From contig RSEE01000001.1 in the NCBI GenBank assembly GCA_003971905.1, positions 1,736,001-1,761,035 of the forward strand: a stretch of 25,035 bases of DNA, written 5' to 3'. The notes under the pieces are model-generated. The model did no database searches. It worked only from the letters and a program-made list of their open reading frames with translations, and was not told the DNA's origin. Position numbers and translations under genes: made by a program. Shown here piece by piece: positions 21,300-25,035 of this stretch. The DNA comes from Moniliella sp. 'wahieum'. Taxonomy: Eukaryota. The stretch's first letter is position 1. Each line of letters begins with the position of its first letter.

Positions 21300-24100
21300 C
21301 CCCCCCGGGCCAAGGGACCAAAGGAAACCCGTAGGCCAAAACAAGTTACGAAAAACGAAACGAGAAGAAAGGGGAGCCAAATCGAATTGTTGAGATGTGG
21401 AAAGCAGTTTGGGAAGACCAACAGGTTTGGTGAACCAATCAGATAAATGATCCACGCCCGGGACATGATGAACGACAAGCTCGCCACAATGGATGCGTTC
21501 GCGCACCTCGTGGTACCACACATCGATCTCGCGGATCTTACCCAGGCTGCCAAGCTTCTCGGCAAGAGCCTTGGCTGCAGTGTTGTCCACAAAGAGCTGA
21601 ATCGGGTGTGCAGCAGAACAAATGCCCAGCTCAAAAAGAATGTTGCGCACAAAGAGTGCATCGCGCAAACCATCACCCATGGCCAAGTATTCGGAAGCGG
21701 CTGTGTTGCTCACCCCTTGGTTCTGTGTCTTGGTATTCCACGAGACAGGCACACCATACACAAACACAACGTACCCGGAAACAGATCGTGAGCAGCGCTT
21801 GTCCGAAGTAAAAGAAGCATCCGTATGTAGTTCAAGGAGGGGTCTTGCGCGGTCAGATGTTAAGCGGAGAGAATGGTCAGCAGTACCCTTCAGGTATCGC
21901 AACAAGCCAACGGCAGCGTCACGGTGAGCACGAGAAGGGTCATCTAAGAAACGAGCCAAGAAGGTGGCGGCAAACAAGGTGTCGGGACGAGACATGCGAG
22001 CCGACCACAAGGCAGACCCGACCATAGAACGGTAGGCGTGATTCTCGTCGCGTGTGGATCGTGGTTCGTGCTCGGGACGTAGGGGAGGAGGAAGAGTGTG
22101 ACTGAGCGGGAGACGTCGAGGATGGTCGTGAATCATGTCGTGGGTGGCAAGCGTTTCAGCAATGAATTTGGGTTGGCTCACGTAGAGGCGCCCATCAATG
22201 CGGTCGTACTGGCACCCGAGATGGAAACGAAGTGGGCATTGGATTTAATCTCGATATGACGGCGAAGCTCAACAAGAAAGGAGTCGTAGACGTCCGCCGA
22301 ACGCAAGCAACAAGAAAATCGTCAGTGTGGATGGCCAAGAGAATGAGATCCAAGGATTGGGTACGACGAATGAAGAGGCAAGGCTCCGACTTGAGACTGG
22401 TAAAGCCAAGACGGTCACAAAGGAAAGTACGCAACTAATCACCAAAATTGGCCCCACTTTGATGGAGACCATAAAGACTCTTCTTCAGTTTCCAACACTT
22501 GCCTTTCCCTTCTGGGAAAAAGGGAGGCGGCCGAACATAGACCTCTTCGGTCACGTCCGCATACAGATACGCCGCCTCAACATCGGCTGTAAAGAGCTGG
22601 AGCCCTTCCGCCTCTGAGACGGCGATCAAAGTATTGACGGCGGAGGTGCGAACCGCGGGAGCAAACGACTTGGTCCATGATCCGGGAAGCTGGCGATGTC
22701 CTCCACTACATAACGCGCACGATACTTGACAAAGCGACCCTCAGCATCCGTCTTGGTACTGAGGACCCAAATACCGGGTAACACACGTGCCCCCGGAGGA
22801 ATGGGCACCACCTCCTTCACCTTGCGAGAATCGAAACGCGTCAGTTCAACGCGCATGGCAGCAAGGACGTCATCAAATGCAGGGTGACCGACGAGAGCCC
22901 GCACGGACTTGGGCGCCAATGGAACACCATCGGTGGTAAGAAGGAGTGCGTCCTCGTCTCGCGCGTGGTCGAGAGCAAGGGCAAGAGGAGGTTGAGTGCG
23001 GTCCGAGTCGGGGATCATGGAAGTATTGGGCATGGGACCGAAGATGTTGACAAAAGTGGGTAAGTCAAGAGTGGAAAGTGAGACAGGAGGATGAAAGAGG
23101 GTGGGGACCTGTAGGGCAAGGGGAATGAAAGATGGATCCTGGGGGTTATCGGGAGCAGGATGAGAGAGATCAAGGGGAGGGGCGTGGAGTCGTGCTCGGC
23201 GTCCGGGATTACGACGCAGCGCAGGTTGTTGTTGGTTAGGAACAGGGACGGTATCAGTAGGAGGTGGGGATACAATGGGAGTAGGAGGAGGATGGGCTAC
23301 AGTAGGAGAAGCAGGGAAAGGCGGAAGGTTTGGGGAACTTGCGTCCGGTGCCTCCTCAACCCCCCCGGTCCCGGGAGGAGAAACAATGTGAGAAGGAATA
23401 AGGTTGAAATGTGTGGGATGCTCTGCAGTGTAAGACAGGTTGGTCCACTTGAACGGTTTCTTCCGCGATAGTAAACTAGGCCAGGGCCGCCATGCAGAGC
23501 AAAAAGCCAACCCTTACTACCACGGCGCTCGTCGTATCCGATGAGCATGGCAGGAACAGCCCGCGGACCCAACTTGCCGCCGTCACGCTGAGTGGGAAAG
23601 AGGTGAAGGTATGCTAGGGTACCGAAACCATGCATAGGAAGGGAGGGAGGGAAATCGTGGTAACGGACAAAACGACTGTTGCCGCCCCAACCTTTCGGAG
23701 GCACAAGGTTGTGTGTGTACGCCGCAGCGTGAAGAGCATGATGCCACCAATCTTCGGGATCCAGGCGAGTAGAAGCGAGCAAAGTGCGAGCACGATCCAT
23801 GATGGATCGGATCGCTCGTTCGGCGATACCATTTGAAACACTTTCACCTGGATTGGTGGTTTCGGTCACGATACCTTGTTCGTGGTAAAAATCGATCATA
23901 GCGGAGGTCAATTCTGGAGCATTGTCGGAGCGGACCACCTGGAGGGGCCGTTCAGGGTGCTGACGCTGCTCACGGGTAATAAAGTGGCGAGAGAGGCAGT
24001 GGCTTCACCTTTGGAAGAAAGAGGAAGGAAGAAAACGTACCGGGTGAAGTCGTCAACGATAACCAAAACCCACCCTTACAAGGGCATGCCCACCCCACCC
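21294..24100 (-). pseudogene. Copia pol polyprotein, fragmented (integrase core, reverse transcriptase, RNase H)
   Basis: INT: VIVDDFTRY, VRSDNAPE, SNGIAERAIRSIMDRARTLL, GKLGPRA..M.IGY...[24 protein letters not shown]...[95 protein letters not shown]. Several frameshifts, some possibly sequencing errors. Confidence 0.88.
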
Positions 24101-24228
24101 ATTCAGGGTTGAGACAACTTTTGACTGGAAGACCACGGGAGTGAGTTAGTTTGAGTAGCCCAAGGCTGTAGCTATCCACCCCTACCACTCTCACTGTGAT
24201 GCGACGCCTGGTCTTGGTGTGTCAGGCA

Positions 24229-24298
24229 TGGTGGTGGGTGAGGGGGTGAGGGTTAGGGTGGGGTGGGTGAGGGGGTGAGGGTTAGGGTGGGGTGGGTG
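24229..24298 (+). repeat. Degenerate telomere-like G-rich tract (TTAGGG/TGAGGG/TGGGG), G-quadruplex-prone
   Basis: GGGTGAGGGGGTGAGGGTTAGGGTGGGGT present twice in tandem. Confidence 0.8.
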
Positions 24299-24362
24299 TA
24301 ACTTTTGAACGGGGCGTCGGATGGGAAACGGAGGCATATGCTGCATAGAGCGGACGATTTTA

Positions 24363-24814
24363 TAGCGAGCTATCGCCTCGGCATAACTCTCTCCCCTTCG
24401 GGTAGCGAGCTATCGCCTCGGCATAACTCTCTCCCCTTCGGGTAGCGAGCTATCGCCTCGGCATAACTCTCTCCCCTTCGGGTAGCGAGCTATCGCCTCG
24501 GCATAACTCTCTCCCCTTTCGGGTAGCGAGCTATCGCCTCGGCATAACTCTCTCCCCTTCGGGTAGCGAGCTATCGCCTCGGCATAACTCTCTCCCCTTC
24601 GGGTAGCGAGCTATCGCCTCGGCATAACTCTCTCCCCTTCGGGTAGCGAGCTATCGCCTCGGCATAACTCTCTCCCCTTCGGGTAGCGAGCTATCGCCTC
24701 GGCATACTCTCTCCCCTTCGGGTAGCGAGCTATCGCCTCGGCATAACTCTCTCCCCTTCGGGTAGCGAGCTATCGCCTCGGCATAACTCTCTCCCCTTCG
24801 GGTAGCGAGCTATC
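24363..24814. repeat. 40-bp minisatellite, 11 full copies plus a partial (TAGCGAGCTATCGCCTCGGCATAACTCTCTCCCCTTCGGG)
   Basis: Units start at 24363, 24403, 24443, 24483 (41 bp), 24524, 24564, 24604, 24644, 24684 (39 bp), 24723 and 24763, with a partial at 24803. No spacers. Confidence 0.97.
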
Positions 24815-24830
24815 TACCCTCGTCCCTCCC

Positions 24831-25035
24831 CTAGGGTTAGGGCGGGTTGGTTGGGTAGGGTTGGGTAGGGTTAGGGATGGGTGGGTGTAACTTGTCAACG
24901 GTGCGTCGGATGGGAAATCTGAGGCCATATGCTGCAACGAGCGGACGATTTCGTAGCGAGCTATCGCCTCGGCATAACTCTCTCCCCTTCGGGTAGCTCG
25001 CTATCTACCTCGGCCCTCCCTAGGTTAGGTTAGGG
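24831..25035 (+). repeat. Second copy of the subtelomeric module: telomere-like tract, core, one 40-bp unit, then the start of a third telomere-like tract
   Basis: 24831-24887 CTAGGGTTAGGG...GGTTAGGG. Core GGGTGTAACTT..AACGG.GCGTCGGATGGGAAA..GAGGC.ATATGCTGCA..GAGCGGACGATTT matches 24294-24362. One 40-bp unit at 24954-24993; window ends TAGGTTAGGTTAGGG. Confidence 0.88.

Larger units (their letters stand above)
21068..24190 (-). mobile_element. 5'-truncated Ty1/copia LTR retrotransposon (integrase-RT-RNase H plus 3' LTR; no gag, protease or 5' LTR visible)
   Basis: Copia domain order INT-RT-RH on the minus strand, followed by a G-tract and a TGTTGAG-starting LTR. Left boundary is taken from the LTR terminal inverted repeat; right boundary is approximate. 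Confidence 0.9.

Noticed and set aside
24363..24814. CRISPR array
   Set aside because: Units are head-to-tail with no unique spacers, there are no cas genes, and the context is eukaryotic.
24294..25020. Hammerhead or HDV ribozyme in the subtelomeric module
   Set aside because: No CUGANGA plus GAAA core with supporting stems found by eye on either strand; a covariance-model search would be needed.

Overview
Eukaryotic, GC-rich fungal DNA. The intron signals (GTACGT...CTRAC...YAG) and compact genes suggest a basidiomycete, possibly Ustilaginomycotina; this is inference. The left ~10.2 kb is gene-dense: TIM13, deoxyribose-phosphate aldolase, CIA1, an Aim32/Apd1-type thioredoxin-like [2Fe-2S] protein apparently fused to an adrenodoxin-type ferredoxin, ARF1 and a VAP/Scs2-like MSP protein. 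All carry scattered 1-nt frameshifts that look like sequencing/assembly errors. From ~10.2 kb the window is gene-poor. It holds possible decayed element fragments, one Pro/Ser-rich hypothetical ORF, and several kb filled with many different 7-bp-period micro-repeats, most built on 6-bp palindromes. The right end has a 5'-truncated Ty1/copia retrotransposon (minus strand, 3' LTR present). It abuts a modular array of degenerate TTAGGG-like tracts, a ~65-bp core and a 40-bp hairpin-rich minisatellite, probably a subtelomere. All calls come from reading the sequence; no database searches were run.
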